Source of the DNA: Phoronis australis
Taxonomy: Eukaryota; Animalia; Phoronida
Assembly: GCA_002633005.1 (NCBI GenBank)
Contig: NMRA01000001.1
Span: forward strand, 2,401,695 to 2,465,694
DNA: 64,000 bases
Direction: 5' to 3'
Part shown: positions 37,328 through 51,299 of the stretch, in pieces
Layout of the letters: the number at the start of each line of letters is the position of its first letter
Numbering within the stretch: the stretch's first letter is position 1
Translations under genes and position numbers: made by a program
Notes under the pieces: model-generated
Seen by the model: only the letters and a program-made list of their open reading frames with translations
Database searches by the model: none
What the model was told of the DNA's origin: nothing

Positions 37328-37449
37328 TGAGCCTCTTTTTAGGTTTAAAAAACAATGCATTAGAGACATGAATATAACGCGAAAAAATCACGCTTTGCGC
37401 TGTAGTTAAGCGCAAAATGCATTGTTTTTAAAGTCTAAAAAGAGGCTCA
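37328..37449. repeat. Small hairpin/MITE-like inverted repeat
   Basis: tgagcctctttttagg...aaaaacaatgcatt ... aatgcattgttttt...ctaaaaagaggctca. Confidence 0.75.
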
Positions 37450-37648
37450 AAATGTACGACTGTTTTCCGAGAGACCGTTAACGCATGGGATAGTTATGTT
37501 GACTCTAAATGGGTCAACCTCTTCAGACACATTATGTCTGAGATCGAATATCCAGACGGAATAGTCATCATCACGTAACAAACACATCTTCGACTCTAAT
37601 CTCTTTGTCATTTTCTTTTGTTCAACTCTGTTTAAAAGTGTTCGCACA

Positions 37649-38353
37649 ATTGTTCCTTTATGTTGGAAATGATAACTGGAGCGAAAAATTTGTTGCCGTC
37701 ATCCTTGGTATGTATGCAAGCTTGTCATCCGATGTGCGCTCGGTTCGATGGTAAACTTGATGTGGGGTCCACAGAGTTGGTGTGATCTAACGTAGTATTA
37801 CGAATTACCTGCCATTTACCATCGAATTCTCTACCGTCAGGCACTGCACATTGGTGACCAAGTGACGCGGAGATTCCCGCCAGTGCTCCGACGAAGAGTC
37901 ATTAGATGGGTCCGAAAGCTAGGCCCTCAAATATGACCAGGTCGCCCATACAGGAAACAATGGTTATTTTAATGTTTTATTCGTTATTTTGCTAGTTGAT
38001 NATTGTTCCTTTATGTTGGATATGATAACTGGAGCTAAAAATTTGTTGCCGTCATCCTTGGTATGTATGCAAGCTTGTCATCCGATGTGCGCTCGGTTCG
38101 ATGGTAAACTTGATGTGGGGTCCACAGAGTTGGTGTGATGTAACGTAGTATTACGAATTACCTGCCATTTACCATCGAATTCTCTACCGTCAGGCACTGC
38201 ACATTGGTGACCAAGTGACGCGGAGATTCCCGCCAGTGCTCCGACGAAGAGTCATTAGATGGGTCCGAAAGCTAGGCCCTCAAATATGACCAGGTCGCCC
38301 ATACAGGAAACAATGGTTATTTTAATGTTTTATTCGTTATTTTGCTAGTTGAT
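37649..38353. repeat. 352-bp tandem duplication (37649-38000 vs 38002-38353) around a single N; probable assembly artefact
   Basis: Near-identical copies joined by the N at 38001. Confidence 0.9.
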
Positions 38354-39317
38354 TGTCATTTCTCGAAATCATGCTGGCCGAATAAATTAACACGCCGTAT
38401 AGCAAGTCCGTTTGTAGAGCCCAGTATCCATCAATAACGAAATGCCACTGCTTTCCAAGTCCAGAAATGACACGCATTTTGACTAAGGAACATTTCGAGA
38501 CAACTTTCATAACTGTAAGTAGTCCATATAAAAATAGTTGTTACGGATGCCTAGCATCATTAAGTAGCCGCTCTAACTGTACCAGTTGGGTTGTTACGGA
38601 TGCCTGGTATTGAGTAGCCGCTATAACAGTACCAATTGGTTGCCACTTTTCGTAGCTGCTTTAACTTTCTCCAGATGCAATTTTTGCTTCACGTGTTATG
38701 GTACTCGCGAGACAGGTTTCTACCCGCCCAATTCAGTTGTTACCGATCGTCCACTCCGTTGAAAGTGCAACATGCTGCTTTTTATGTTCAACGTGTTCTG
38801 TAAGTCAAAGTCAAAGTCCCCCAAAAGTATTTACAAAAGCTTTTCTATTTTAGTTTGACCACAGCTCACGAATCTTGATCATTTAGCACAGACTTCGGAA
38901 ATTTTGTGTTTAAAATTCAAATATATATTTGTGTGGTTTTTAGCTCCATAAAAATCTTATCAAGGTGTCTCCTGTGATTTCTAAGTTTCATTGGGGATCT
39001 TGTGGTTTCGAAGTACGAAACAGTCAAGAATTAGAAAACTCTAAAAATTATTGTCACCCTAAATGTGCGAGGTGTCACTTTGCAAAACATCACCAAGGCT
39101 TTTTTCCATGGACATGACAAAATATATTAATAGAAAGCAATTTGTACAACCACCACGCCCTGCTCCCTGACCCTACACCAATGTATCACATTTACGAAAA
39201 TTTGAAGTATTAATGCAGGAACAAACTACAGAAAATTACGTAATTCAAATTTATTTGCGTGTAATTACAATTACCATAATTTCGCAAAATAGCTTTCGCA
39301 CTAATACAGCTTTCACA

Positions 39318-39517
39318 TTAATACAGCTGCATCAGAGAAAGGAGAAGTGCGACAAAGATAACGGCGGCTGGTGCGGCCATCTTGGTAGATCCGTTGCAAA
39401 AGTCTCCTTCACAGTAGCACGTATATGTCTTGATGCTGATCAGAATGTTGACCTCGGTTTTATCACATTTGACGGCGCTAGCAGAAAGGGCGCAGGATCG
39501 GGTGACGACCACGGCAC
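39318..39517 (-). CDS. Ly6-like gene exon 3 (Cys 6-10, GPI signal, stop)
   Basis: acgctag| acceptor; TRSC...TCYCEGDFCN followed by a hydrophobic tail; AATAAA on the - strand at 39255-39250. Confidence 0.92.
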
Positions 39518-42500
39518 CTAGCGTAATAAAGAAACGTATTAAACACTGGGCTGCTAAATCTGAACTGAAGATTTTCGCACACTTTACGATGTCATTTACA
39601 ATCAATGAAACGGAAAACCTGCCATCGAACAGGTTCCTTACTCAGATGAGAAGTAATTTATATAGACTTAGCCGACCTCCAATTCTTCCTAATACAGTGC
39701 TCGAGACTTTGTTGGACTCATAAAACTTACTAATATTGATCTCGAGCAATAACGAAATTACAGTTCTTTGCAAGCTTTGAAATTACTCGTTAATGATGAC
39801 GTTGAAGCTGAAACCATCCAAACTTTTTCAGTGGACGGACAACTTGTTCATACCGCCTGGCAGACTCAGAATTGTGATATTCTGATATGTGGCCGCAATA
39901 TGCGGCAAAGAACGTCACTGGAGATTTCAGAGCATTTCAATGATGGCACAAATCTCACGAAAATCAAGAAAATTACAGAGCGTTGTACATCCCAAAACGG
40001 TAAAGAAAAAGGGTGCTCTTTTTTCAAATCTGTCCATACAAAAATCAGTTGCGTAGTCTCCCCTCGTTGGAAACACCCAAGTCAAATTACACTAAGACCC
40101 ATCACAAAACCTGTTACATATTACCACGAACGCAATGGCAATTTGTCACTAGTAGTCAAATAGTTATAAAAATCGACACCAGTGGACAAAAAGGTCGAAC
40201 CCATCTGAAACTGAACAGGTGCTTCCCTTTCCTTCATAGAAACATATATGCCAAATTACACAAAAATATCAAAAGGAACTTAGTGGAAATTGAGGCCACT
40301 AAGGGGCGCTTCAGTACTCCGGCAGATTCCGAAATCAACACCAAACTTGCCCTCTCTAGTAGTAGGTACACAAATACCAGATTCCATAAATAGACCAAGG
40401 AACTCAATAGTAGATATTGAGAAAGAAACGCCAACAGGGAGCGCCATTGTAGTCAGACCCGTCCGTAAATCAACGTTAATAGTGCTCTAATCAATATGAA
40501 CACGAACAAAATTTCATGGGTGGTAGATCTTGAAGAGGCAAAGAAAATGCCACTATGCATTGCAATGCTACATATAAGTCCTGTCGTCGTTAAAATGGTC
40601 ATTTCACTTACCTGCAGTGTCCACTTTCGTTTTGGAGCAACCATAGGAGCAGTTTTGTGCCAAAGCGTTGTTGTTGGAAACCGCATACTCGTCGCTACAC
40701 TTGCTATTGGTAGCAGAGGTACACACGACGCATTTGCTTCCTGCCGCTAAGGCTGAAAAACAGAGGGGAGAGATCAATCTCTCGAAAGTGTTTAGGTGCC
40801 GTGCGACTCGACAGTTTTGGGATTGGAAAACCTGGTCCACTCAATGTCAAACAAACGGTATCCTCTACAGCAGATTTTTTTCAATGCATAATTAGAGTAG
40901 CCAATTCACGCTACTTTCAAAGAGCACCGCAAAGCGCTGAAATGCGCTCACGACAGCATTACAAACGGTGTGCTTCGGTGCTTCTGGGGGACTTATTTCT
41001 AGCATAAAATTGCCACTAGGTGTCACAGAATATATTGAACCCGTGCAAAAATGGTTAGGTGCCGTCGTCTCTCAAAATCATTTGCCAAATTTCATAAAAA
41101 TCCGTCAAAGACCTCCAAAGACACAAAGGCAAACGTAAAAAAAACTGGCCACTAGGTGGCGCAAACTAGGTCGAATCCATCTGAAAGCGGAGAGATAGCA
41201 TCACCTCTTTAACAGATGTCAGTATGCCAAATTTTATGAAAACACGTTGACGACCTTTGAACATACAGAGGTAAACGTAAAAAAATGAAATTTCCACTAG
41301 GTGGCACACCAGTAGTCAGATCCGTCTGAAAGTCGTCGTCCTCCGTTGTTAACATCATATAAATAAACTTACTAAATTTAGTAAAGATCCTGAGAACGGT
41401 TTAGGGGATACAGCCATAGGCGCAAAAAAAAACAAAACTGTCACTAGGAGGCGCCACAATAGTCGAAGTCGTCGAAAAATCTTCGTCAGCCATCCACTTC
41501 ATAGTAAGAATATACATGCCAATTTTCACAATCATCCTTTAAGCGGTTTGGTTGATAGAAGGGTGGACGCAAAAAAAACAGACTCGGAAACAGTAAAAAT
41601 AGCCACTAGGTGGCGCAAACTACGTCAAAGCCATCTGAAAACGGGAGGATAGCGTCATCTCACTAATAGGTGCCTAATACCAAATTTTATGAAAATTCGT
41701 TTAGGATTTTTGAAAATACCGAGGTAAACGTAAGAAACTAAAATTGCCACTAGGGGGCACACCGGTAGTCGGATTCGTCCGAAAGTTCGCTCATGCCGTC
41801 CCATCCACACATGTGCAAAATTTCATGAACATACGTCAAGGCGTTTTGGAGATACAGCATCGGACGCCGGACGGACGAACGTACGGAGATGACGGCATAA
41901 TGCGTCCACATATAAATATGTGGGCGCATAAAATGGCCAGTAGGTGGCGTAGAATACCTCGAATCAATCCGAAAATGAGTGGACAGCGTCATCTCACTAT
42001 AGATCCTAACTGGCAAATTTTATGAAAATTCATTGAGGGCCTTTGAAGATACAGAAATAAACGTAGAAACTAAAACAGCCAATAAGGGGCACAACGGTGT
42101 CGGATCCGTCCGAAAGTTCGCTCATGTCGTTCCATCCATCAATGGAACACGTGCAACATTTAACCTCAAAGGGTTTTGGAGACAGAGCAGAGGACGCCTG
42201 ACGCCAGACGGACGGTCGCGCAGGGATGACGGCACAGTAAAGTTACTACAGTTAGAAAGCCGTCTGCGCGCTAAAGGCCGAAACGAGACTGCTCTTATGT
42301 TTCAAGCACAAAAGCACTTCTCAATAGATGGAGCAGTAGGCCTATATTGATACATCGACAAATCGGAATGTTAGTTTCCAACCAGTAGGCATGTTCGAAT
42401 AGTACTGAATTTTCTGTTAACCAATAAGATGACACGTTACATAATCAATTCACAAAGTTACCTCTACGAACACTTGGAAAGGCTTATGCGCGCGCATTTT

Positions 42501-45500
42501 CGAATTCGAAATCTTGGGTTTGGCCAACCACAATAAAATCTCAGGCATGTTCTTATCGCTAAGGACATGGGATCCTATCACGATAAAGAATAATACCAAA
42601 CCGGTTTGGTAAACAGAAAAGGCATAGTTAGATTTTCTTTTTTCAGTCAGCTAAACGCCGCAATGGAGCGGTTCAAGATCAAAATTGTCCACTTTATAAA
42701 AACATGAAAGTTAAGTAAGCTTACCCGACTTCCACCATCTTGATTTTTAAATATTAACTCGGCACTTTTGATATATATTCTATACTTATCTTCAAATCCT
42801 ATATCATGTACCACAAGGAATTCATTTGAAAAAATGTCAATGTAAAAAGGAGTCTGCAGCCATGTTGCATTCTCAGAAAGGTCCTTCTGAATGCCATTTA
42901 AGTATGCCAGCATTGGTAGCTCAACCCGAAGAAAAGTGACATTGGTTTCAAAGCCTAAATACACAGTTGTGAAACGTTATAAACTGGATCGGTTCGTTTG
43001 ACACGTCGACTGACATGAACGCAAAGTTATCCATCAATAATCATTGTGTATGTGCTAATCATGAATGACAAGGCGCGAAATAAACCTCAATGAATCGGCC
43101 GGTAAAAATAATTTCTCAATTGGCTTCCAGGTATCACGCTCACATATAACGCGTTCTAGGCTTAATTCTTATCATTTTACATTGTGTTTTTGAAATTTTC
43201 GTAATAAACATTAAAAAGGCTTCCAGGCAACTACAGAGTGGATTTTTAACAGCATTTCCAAACGCAAATAGCATGAATCGTGGAAACATGAAACGCTTTA
43301 AGATCTACAAGACAGAAGATTCTCTTGACCTACGCAATCACGTGGGTATAACTATTATGAACCTCTTATTCGTTATTCAAACTGTGTGAATATGTCGCGG
43401 AGCGTCTATTGCTGTGGCGCACTGTAATCAGGAGCACAGAGAAGGAACGTGGTTACTAAGAGCACATCGTAGCTACAAAACAGTACAATGTCGCCTTACA
43501 AACTTCTATTCAAATGCCCAGACCAGGGGTCACTTAACATGAATGCGCATTGAGTAACAGTCTGCATTAGATTTCAGACGGCTATCATGCAGAGTTTAAT
43601 AGCTACATAGAGTGTTTGAAAAACAGTTTATGAAATATTGACCATTATTCAAGATTGAATCTTGGAGCTGGTTACTGGCACATTATCCGAATCGCAACAC
43701 AAGCTTGTCGTAAAAGATGAATGTCAACATTACTTCGCGCCGAGTCCGCCGGAAGTCAGGAATTAAAGGACGATTTAAGTTTCTCATGCAGCACATGAAT
43801 TTGAATAGTGTGATAGTCTGTTCCTCATGTATTATTAATAATGAGAACTACACCGCAAATTGGTCAGTAAATGTATTTCACTGGGCGTATGCACTCGCCT
43901 TTACATGCAGGTCCACCACTTTTTGGACCAGTCCAAATTCCATTTGTGCAGACTACGCGTAGACTATAGACGTCACGTTCCGGTACTTTTTTGTCATAAT
44001 AAATGATTTTTTATTTTGCCAATCTCATTTATTTCCATGTGTGGAAATTGTGCTTATGGCGCCCTCTCTATCTATTTCGAAAATTAAGCATTGTTCAACT
44101 ACAGCCTCGTTCCATGCAACCTCGAGTGCATTCCGCCAAATCCACAGTTATTAGGGAGAGTTTCTGCAGTCTGAATGCACCGTCTCTCAGTTCATAGTAA
44201 TCGCATACAAGTGATGACGTTGGGGTGAAACTTGCCGGTGTGGTGTAGTTTTGGTCGTTTTTAAGCAGCCAGTGGCAAATGAGAAAAACTGACTATGGAC
44301 TCAGTTTCAATAGACTTTGTACAAGTAATTTTTAAGTCATTTGCCTAATATTCTGTTCATATTTTCACTGCTTTGAACAGCTTTGGAGCTGCAAAGACCT
44401 GCTTTTTCAAAACCAAATCAGCAACACTGCCGAGAACATTGCCAACACGAGTGTGATTGTGTCAGGGGACCAATCTCTCCACTCGTAACTGTTGGAAGGC
44501 CAGCCTTCGTTGTTTAACAACTCGATGTCATTCCTCTGACCAATCACGACAGACCCAAGTAGATCGGAGCTGTCTCGACTCTACTGATGACTACATGATC
44601 TATAGCTAGACAGAGACATTCTACAACTTCCTTTTGGTTGTAACAGTAAAGGACAGCAAATACAAATAGCACACATAAGATGAAATAGATTTTACTTTTA
44701 CCAGACTGTCGTCCGTATATAACTTCCAGACAAAATTATTCACCTGGCCAGGTAACAATTGTTGTAATGACTAGTATCCTACTGTTTGACAACTCGTGAC
44801 ATAATGTAAAAATACTAGTAAACTTATCACAAGTGCTGAGAGACCACGTGTTGCTGTAGTGATTTATCTAGAGATTTGTATATTCTTACGTATAATTAGT
44901 GTATATTGAGATAAAATTTTGTTTTCGGTTTGCGTCCAATATACATAAAAGCCGAAAGCGTTCAATTCAAATGACCCGAAATTCTCAGTCTACGGCTAGG
45001 TTACGAATTCGTCGTCAGAATGATCTTCTCGTCTCATGACCAAGAATGAAGGTGGATTAACGGGAGCGTTACTAAGGTGGCCAACCCTTTCTGTGATTAG
45101 CCCCAATTGTTGTTTCCACAAATTTTTGCTGTTGCCAGAATTAGCCGCGATGGCGGCAAAGCAGTACTTAGTTCGATTACTTTTGTCTTACACTGAACAT
45201 AGGGGAGAAGTGAATTCACGGGGTCGCCCTTTTTTAAACACAATTCGAATATTACGTCGGAAATAAAGTGAAATTGTGAATTTTATTCCTAAATTCAGGT
45301 TGTTACTAAATAACGTTTACGTTTGACGGTTTTTATGTCACACTTTAGGGTTGATACATAATTATATCAGTTCGTTGAGCCAGCGCATTTCCACGCCCAT
45401 TTCCACGCTAGTTTCTCCGCTGAAACGATTTCCACAAGTTCAGAACATAAATTTGCTTAACTTCCACACCTTTCCGCAAGGAATATATTGACCTACAAGA

Positions 45501-45735
45501 CACTCTTTCGTAAGGAAACGGCCACGGGTAGCGCGTGAAAAAATCACCCAACTGAGAGGCGCGTAAGTATTTCCATTGGGTTGTTATCAGTTGATTCTTA
45601 ACACAAAAATATCGAAACCGTACACAAATTACAACTACTTTCACATTATTTTATGTCCATGTTTGAAAAAAAGGTTTGCTTACCACATCCAACAAAAGTC
45701 AGAGCAACGATAGCAACCAGATAGGTCTTCATCAT
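39318..45735 (-). CDS. Ly6/uPAR (three-finger, quiver/sleepless-like) GPI-anchored protein, 3 coding exons, 130 aa
   Basis: Exons 45735-45684, 40752-40612, 39517-39318, both introns phase 1 GT-AG. Protein MMKTYLVAIVALTFVGCALAAGSKCVVCTSATNSKCSDEYAVSNNNALAQNCSYGCSKTKVDTAGAVVVTRSCALSASAVKCDKTEVNILISIKTYTCYCEGDFCNGSTKMAAPAAVIFVALLLSLMQLY: signal peptide, 10 Cys with CxxC start and CxCxxDxCN end, hydrophobic GPI-signal tail. Confidence 0.92.
40150..42240 (+). mobile_element. Helentron/HINE-like repeat with ~140-160 bp internal tandem units, in both Ly6-gene introns around exon 2
   Basis: Recurring units gccactaggtggcgc...tccRtcYgaaa...ccaaatttYatgaaaa; cggacggacg tract; hairpin atgcgtccacatat-aa-atatgtgggcgcat at 41900-41929. 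Confidence 0.65.
40612..40752 (-). CDS. Ly6-like gene exon 2 (Cys 1-5)
   Basis: tttttcag| ... G|gtaagt; KCVVC...C...C..GC. Confidence 0.92.
45684..45735 (-). CDS. Ly6-like gene exon 1 (signal peptide MMKTYLVAIVALTFVGC)
   Basis: ATG at 45735, hydrophobic stretch, G|gtaagc phase-1 donor. Confidence 0.8.
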
Positions 45736-46956
45736 GGAGTTATGCTCTTTGGTTATGTCTAAACGTCTGTCCTTATTGCCTGCGAACTAGATTGTGAAAG
45801 CCACAGCCGCACCTAGGTCAACACACAATGACCGCGCGCCAAACCAGTCCAACGACTATTATGTAACATAAGCGGGTTGAATGCTTCAGTGCAGGGATAA
45901 TTTATTTTTACTGCGAAGAAAGAGCCTCAGGGAGTATTAGGCTGGGTACGCTTTTATCAGTGATTTGAATAGGCCTTTGTTAGTCTCCAACTGCAGGTAC
46001 ACTGAACATGGTAATTCGGTTTGACCAGTTAGTCCATGAACTACTTTCGGCCTAATTTACGATCCAATAGTCACGACATGTAGCTACGTACCACAAGTTT
46101 ATGTAGACTAGAGGTTTTGACAACAAACAGCAAATGTATTACAAACAGCAATTTAATAACTTACAATGAAGACATAGTTCAGTCAATTATAAACAAGCAA
46201 GGAACCTAAAGCGGAATGAAGCAGGCCATTGTCCAGTCCACTAAACATCTGTTCACCAAAAAGACACAAAATACGTGTATACAATATAGGAATACGAGGC
46301 CAGGAATATTCACACCCAAACAGGAGATTTGTTGCATGCATCCGAATAAATAGCAAAGGTAATTTCCGTGAGACAGAGGACAGTACAAAAATTGACATAT
46401 TTAAAGCCAACTACCATATGCACGTTTATGTGCCACTCAAAATATCCAAGTTTTATTAGGATTTCGTGATTTAAATTGTGCTAAGCAGTTGAAAGTACAC
46501 TATAACGTAGCAGGTACCATTCATGTGTGGGTAATGACAGTGACTAAAAAAGGGTTTTATAAATGATGCCTGCCATGATTCGATCCTGTCAAGTTTAAGA
46601 ATGTCACGCGGTTGTATTAGGCCGGATGATTTAACTGTAAGAGACGCCGGGAAAAGGTTTCGATTTTCGTTTTATCCATCTAAACAAATATTACTTTATA
46701 AGTCAGTGCAAGTACAAATTGCAAAAAATTGTACCTCTTCCAACAAAAATCTCTACGAAATGGTACCTTCTCCCGGCTTATTTAGTGCCTAAAAATGATT
46801 CGCTTTGTGAGCTAGGACACTGCAAAATAGTACCATTTTCCTATTACAAAAATCTTTCAGAAGGAAATTTAACAGTAACTTATTTTCTAAAGTTTTGGTT
46901 ACAAAAGGCATTTTAGACAGCATGGCGTTTATTCTTGAACTGTTTTAATTTAGTGG

Positions 46957-47013
<57 letters not shown>
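46957..47013. repeat. (GTA/TAG)n microsatellite
   Basis: 19 GTA units. Confidence 0.95.
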
Positions 47014-48989
47014 ATAATCTTTTTTTAAAAGTCGGTGAGATTAAACAATGAAACGTTAACACAAGTGCTATTATCCGACAAACTTAAAATCTACAAAATG
47101 AAAATAAAGAACTAAAATACTAGCTAATTCTACAGTACGGAGAATATACAGAACTTAAACATAAATATAAATACAAAAGAACTCATACATGGTCACCGTG
47201 ACAAAAACATTTGTCCAAGACTAACCCATATGTAAATATTAGTGTAAGGTGTGTACATGACGGCGTTTTCCCAGTGACTTTGCCAGAGGTAGAGGGTGGT
47301 GAACATGGTAACATCTAGCTTCTTTGTTAACTGCCAAGCACTGTCTTTTGTCTGGCATGACAACAGGCAGGCCAGGCTTATTACAGGCCACGTGAGAACG
47401 CGGTCAAACCCAGTCGGAAAGAATAGATTGTCGTAAGTTTGGTTGTAGATGGGCGATTTTGGCGATTCAAAAACTAAACATGATCACCATTTGACGAGGA
47501 CTTCAGAAATGCAGTTGGTTTATGTTCAAATATGTTATAACTTAACTTTTATTTTTAGCAGCACAGCCCAGTCAGGCTAGTTACGATCTTATTGGAGATT
47601 AGAGCAATTATCGAACAAAAGAGAGCTGGCCCTCCAACCATAAATGCCAGAATGAAGTAAATCAGTCACTGTAAGATATTGGCTACAGGGGTCATCTTCC
47701 CAACTTGTTGTTGGGATATAGAATCGAACAAGTTGGGGCAACTGGAAAACGCCGTAATATATGTTGGCAACAAGTGCCACTGAACAGCAAAACTATTGTG
47801 GCTCAAGTTCAGGGCCGGGGTTGCCTCACTTACGGGCGCACTCCTCTCAGTAAGCTCGGAAGGCAGAACACACGCTCTTCAATAGGCACACAATTGTCCA
47901 ATGACCATTGAAAAAAACGATGAGACCATAAATAAGTTACCGTAATACATAACATAAATCTATTCCTGAATGTGTCTGATTGGAGATCCATTAGTTTATG
48001 GAATGACGTCTGTAAAATAATAGTTCTTCTGGACCAAAACTCTACGAAAGGATAACTTTTTCATGGGCATCCTTATCATCTGTCAAATATTGTCGTATGA
48101 CCCCTCGTGATGTGACTGAACATAAAACACACTAAGCAAATATGTTCCAACCAAAGATAAACGGAAAAATGGCCACAGTCTGCTGTCTATATAGTGAGCC
48201 TGGCATCAAGCGGAATGTGCCTATTCTCTAAGCTCCTTGTAGGCTACGTTTTAGCCCGTGGTTTTAGAACCATGCATGCAAATAATGGAAAATTTGCCAA
48301 ATGTTACTTTATGACCTCTGTACAGTATCCTACAAATCCCTCCAACAATAAACTAAAAGTTTGTTGAAGAGGCATGGAATGCGAAACTTTTTCGTCAAAA
48401 ATATCTTTTAAGCAACTCATGAAGAAAGCATCATCTCGCAACGTCTAGAGCAGAATGAGGAAATTTCCAGAAAAAAAATCGCAAAATTCATTTTTGAAAT
48501 ATGCCCGAAGGAAAAACCTGTGGTTACTAATCTCCCTCCCTAAGATAAATGCGCCAATGCGCTCACAGTGAGTTTCTTGAAGTTACCTGAGGTCAAAGAT
48601 CACATTTTCCATATAAGGGAAATGTGCTACCTCTGCTTCTTCATCCCCAGAAATTTGTAACATTGTTGTTCTGCTAGGTGACGCTTAGCACCATGACACA
48701 TACTCAGCCTATCCATTATAAGAACGCCTGAAAGGGCAAAGGTCACGAAGCTTGGACACTGGTAACTGAGTCTGAAGTCCTCATCGTTGTGTCCGGATCA
48801 ATTCTGGTCAAGTTTACAATAAATCAACAGTAACTGGTTATAGGAATTCACAGTCTACAATATGAGAGTGGTAGCAGGGTCACCGGGGTCACAGCTGTAC
48901 TAGTATTATTATTTAGTATGAGTATTTATTTATTATAGTGACAAGTACAATTAAATCAAACAGTTATAGGTATAACAATCATAAGAAAG

Positions 48990-49950
48990 ATAAGTACCCA
49001 GACCAGTTGGGCTTGTGAGTCCCTATCACCACCTGTGGTTACTAGTTTGTTCCAAAGACGCAGCATATTCAATTTAAATCTATTTCCGGTGGAGTCCCAC
49101 CCCATATCGCCACTAGCAGCATGAGTGGCTGTAAATCGGTTGACCCTTAGATAAAAACGCATAGCGCTATTTCGAATATTTTCATCATTACCAACATTTT
49201 TGTAACCCCAAACAAATGACCCGTAATCCAAAATTGGTGCCACACACGAATTAAGTAATGTTTTAAACGTTTCGAATCCTAGATTCTTGTTATCACGGAA
49301 TGTTGAGCATATCTTCCCTAACGCTCTACCAGAAGCTTCAGATAACGTATTCAAATTTTCTTTGAAGTCAAGGTGTTGATCCAGAATACAGCCTAAATAT
49401 TTATATAGGATTTATAACTGATGACACTGTTCAAAATAAATTCAAAATTGCTTCTAGGCATAGACTTAGCTCGAAAATGGACAACATTAGTTTTTGCCAT
49501 GTTCACAACCATTCTCCACTTCTTACACCAGTTGTTTAAAACCTTCAACATATCTTGCATGTCATTTTCATTCTCAGACAAAAGCGCAATATGGTAGGCA
49601 TAAAGAAGCACTGAAATATTGTTCGGGGCACATTGGACACCTTTACCCAGTTTTTTAATATTCAGAGCTAAGTCATTTATATGTAATGCAAAGAGTGTCG
49701 GTGATAAACGTCCCCCTGACGGACACCATTTTCAGGAGTGAACCAACAACTATATGGAGTGCCATTTAATCGTATACAGGTCAACGGACTTCTGTAAATC
49801 ATACGAATTGCATCATACATTCTACCATTAATATTATTTTGCAATAATTTATAGAACAGAAGTTCATGGTTTGTCCAGTCAAAAGCTTTTTTTCATGTCC
49901 ACAAATGTCACAAATGTAGAAAGGTTAGACGACTTTCGAGTTTGAATAAT
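48990..49950 (-). mobile_element. Degenerate LINE (CR1/L2-like) reverse transcriptase fragment
   Basis: FVDMKKAFD, GVRQG..LSPTLF..INDL, LLYA(xx)IALL (decayed YADD), WCKKWRMVVNMAKT, PILDYGSFVW, GDMGW; frameshifts and stops. Confidence 0.9.
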
Positions 49951-51299
49951 TGATGACAGGACATATAAGTGATCAATACAAGACCGTTGGCTTCGAAAAC
50001 CATTTTGCTCGTCAACTAAAATATTGTTCTGTTTACAGAAAATATGTTACTTGTACAAACCCCAACAACTTGTTGGCCATTCGGCGCAGATGTCCGTGCC
50101 GTGATCAAGGGCCACGTTGTCTTAAGCGGGCTACCAAAGCGCTTTTTATTGATTACTTGTTTTCAGGTGTTTGCCAATACATATTTGTGCGCGGAAGTAA
50201 CAGTATTAATAAGACGAAGGACAAGGTAGATATTGAATCCCTATTTTAAGACGGTACTACAGTACGTGCGTACGATCCCTGGGCTGATCAGGCAACAAAA
50301 TGTGACACAGTGGTGATTATGTTCACGTTTTCACGGTCCCCTAGCCATAACAACAATTGTAACACATTCAATCATGAAACAAATCACTGATTTTCGCGGG
50401 TATAATTTTTGGATCACAAACACGATCCAAACCAATATTGGAAGATAACCTAATGAAAACCATCTACTTACGAGCGAAAATGTATAAATCAGTATAAATT
50501 CGAACTTTTTCCAGAAACTTCCAAAATATTCATAAGGTCATCGCGGATGGGAAAATGGATACAAAATGGCTTCCTACCGATTGTGAGCTTGTCTCTCCTC
50601 AACGCCTGCAAATCCCAGGTGATCGATAATATTTCTTCTCAGACAACTGTACTTGAGCACAAAAGACGTGGGAAATTTTTCGAAAAATAACATTAAATTT
50701 GGATCAGCAACCTTTAAATATTCCTGGACGTCATCTAGGCTATCGGCAAATCCGATGGAAAAATGAGTTACATCACAAACTTCACTTCAAAATGAGTCGT
50801 GGGCTCAAATATTGGTTTTCGGGCGATCGTAAACATGGTCCTGAAGGGGACAAACTTCAAAGCTCAAGAAACGCGTTGATTTTTTCAGCAGGGACGTTGA
50901 TATTTGGCAATAACAGGTTTTAACATAGTTACATTCTCTGCGACAGGCTAAAGGAAAATTGTGTAATTACCTCCCTTCGCTTTCAAATTAATGATAACAA
51001 GTTCGTTCCTGTGTACTTTTTGTGGAGAGCATGTGGCAAGATTTACCCCATGCACAGTAACATGTTGCAAATTTTTGGCGATGGCCATACCAAATAAGGA
51101 GACGTACTTTGCCCTGTGGTAGAACAATCGACGACTAGTGGCGAGCAGTTGATTGATTTTTTTTTAAATTTGAAACTAAAGGGAAACGCTTTTATTACCA
51201 ACAAAAATTAAAAGTCTTTACGAACAAACCTTAAAAATACCTGGTGAGGAAGTTGAATTCTGTTTAGTGGCAGAGAACCACTTTCAATATTGCAATTTA

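Noticed and set aside
37649-38353. Biological tandem duplication
   Set aside because: Near-identical copies joined by a single N; most simply a contig-overlap artefact.
40150-42240. Regularly spaced conserved motif as a CRISPR-like array
   Set aside because: Eukaryotic context, ~150-bp period, intervening sequences homologous to each other, no cas genes; it is a tandem-unit transposon repeat.
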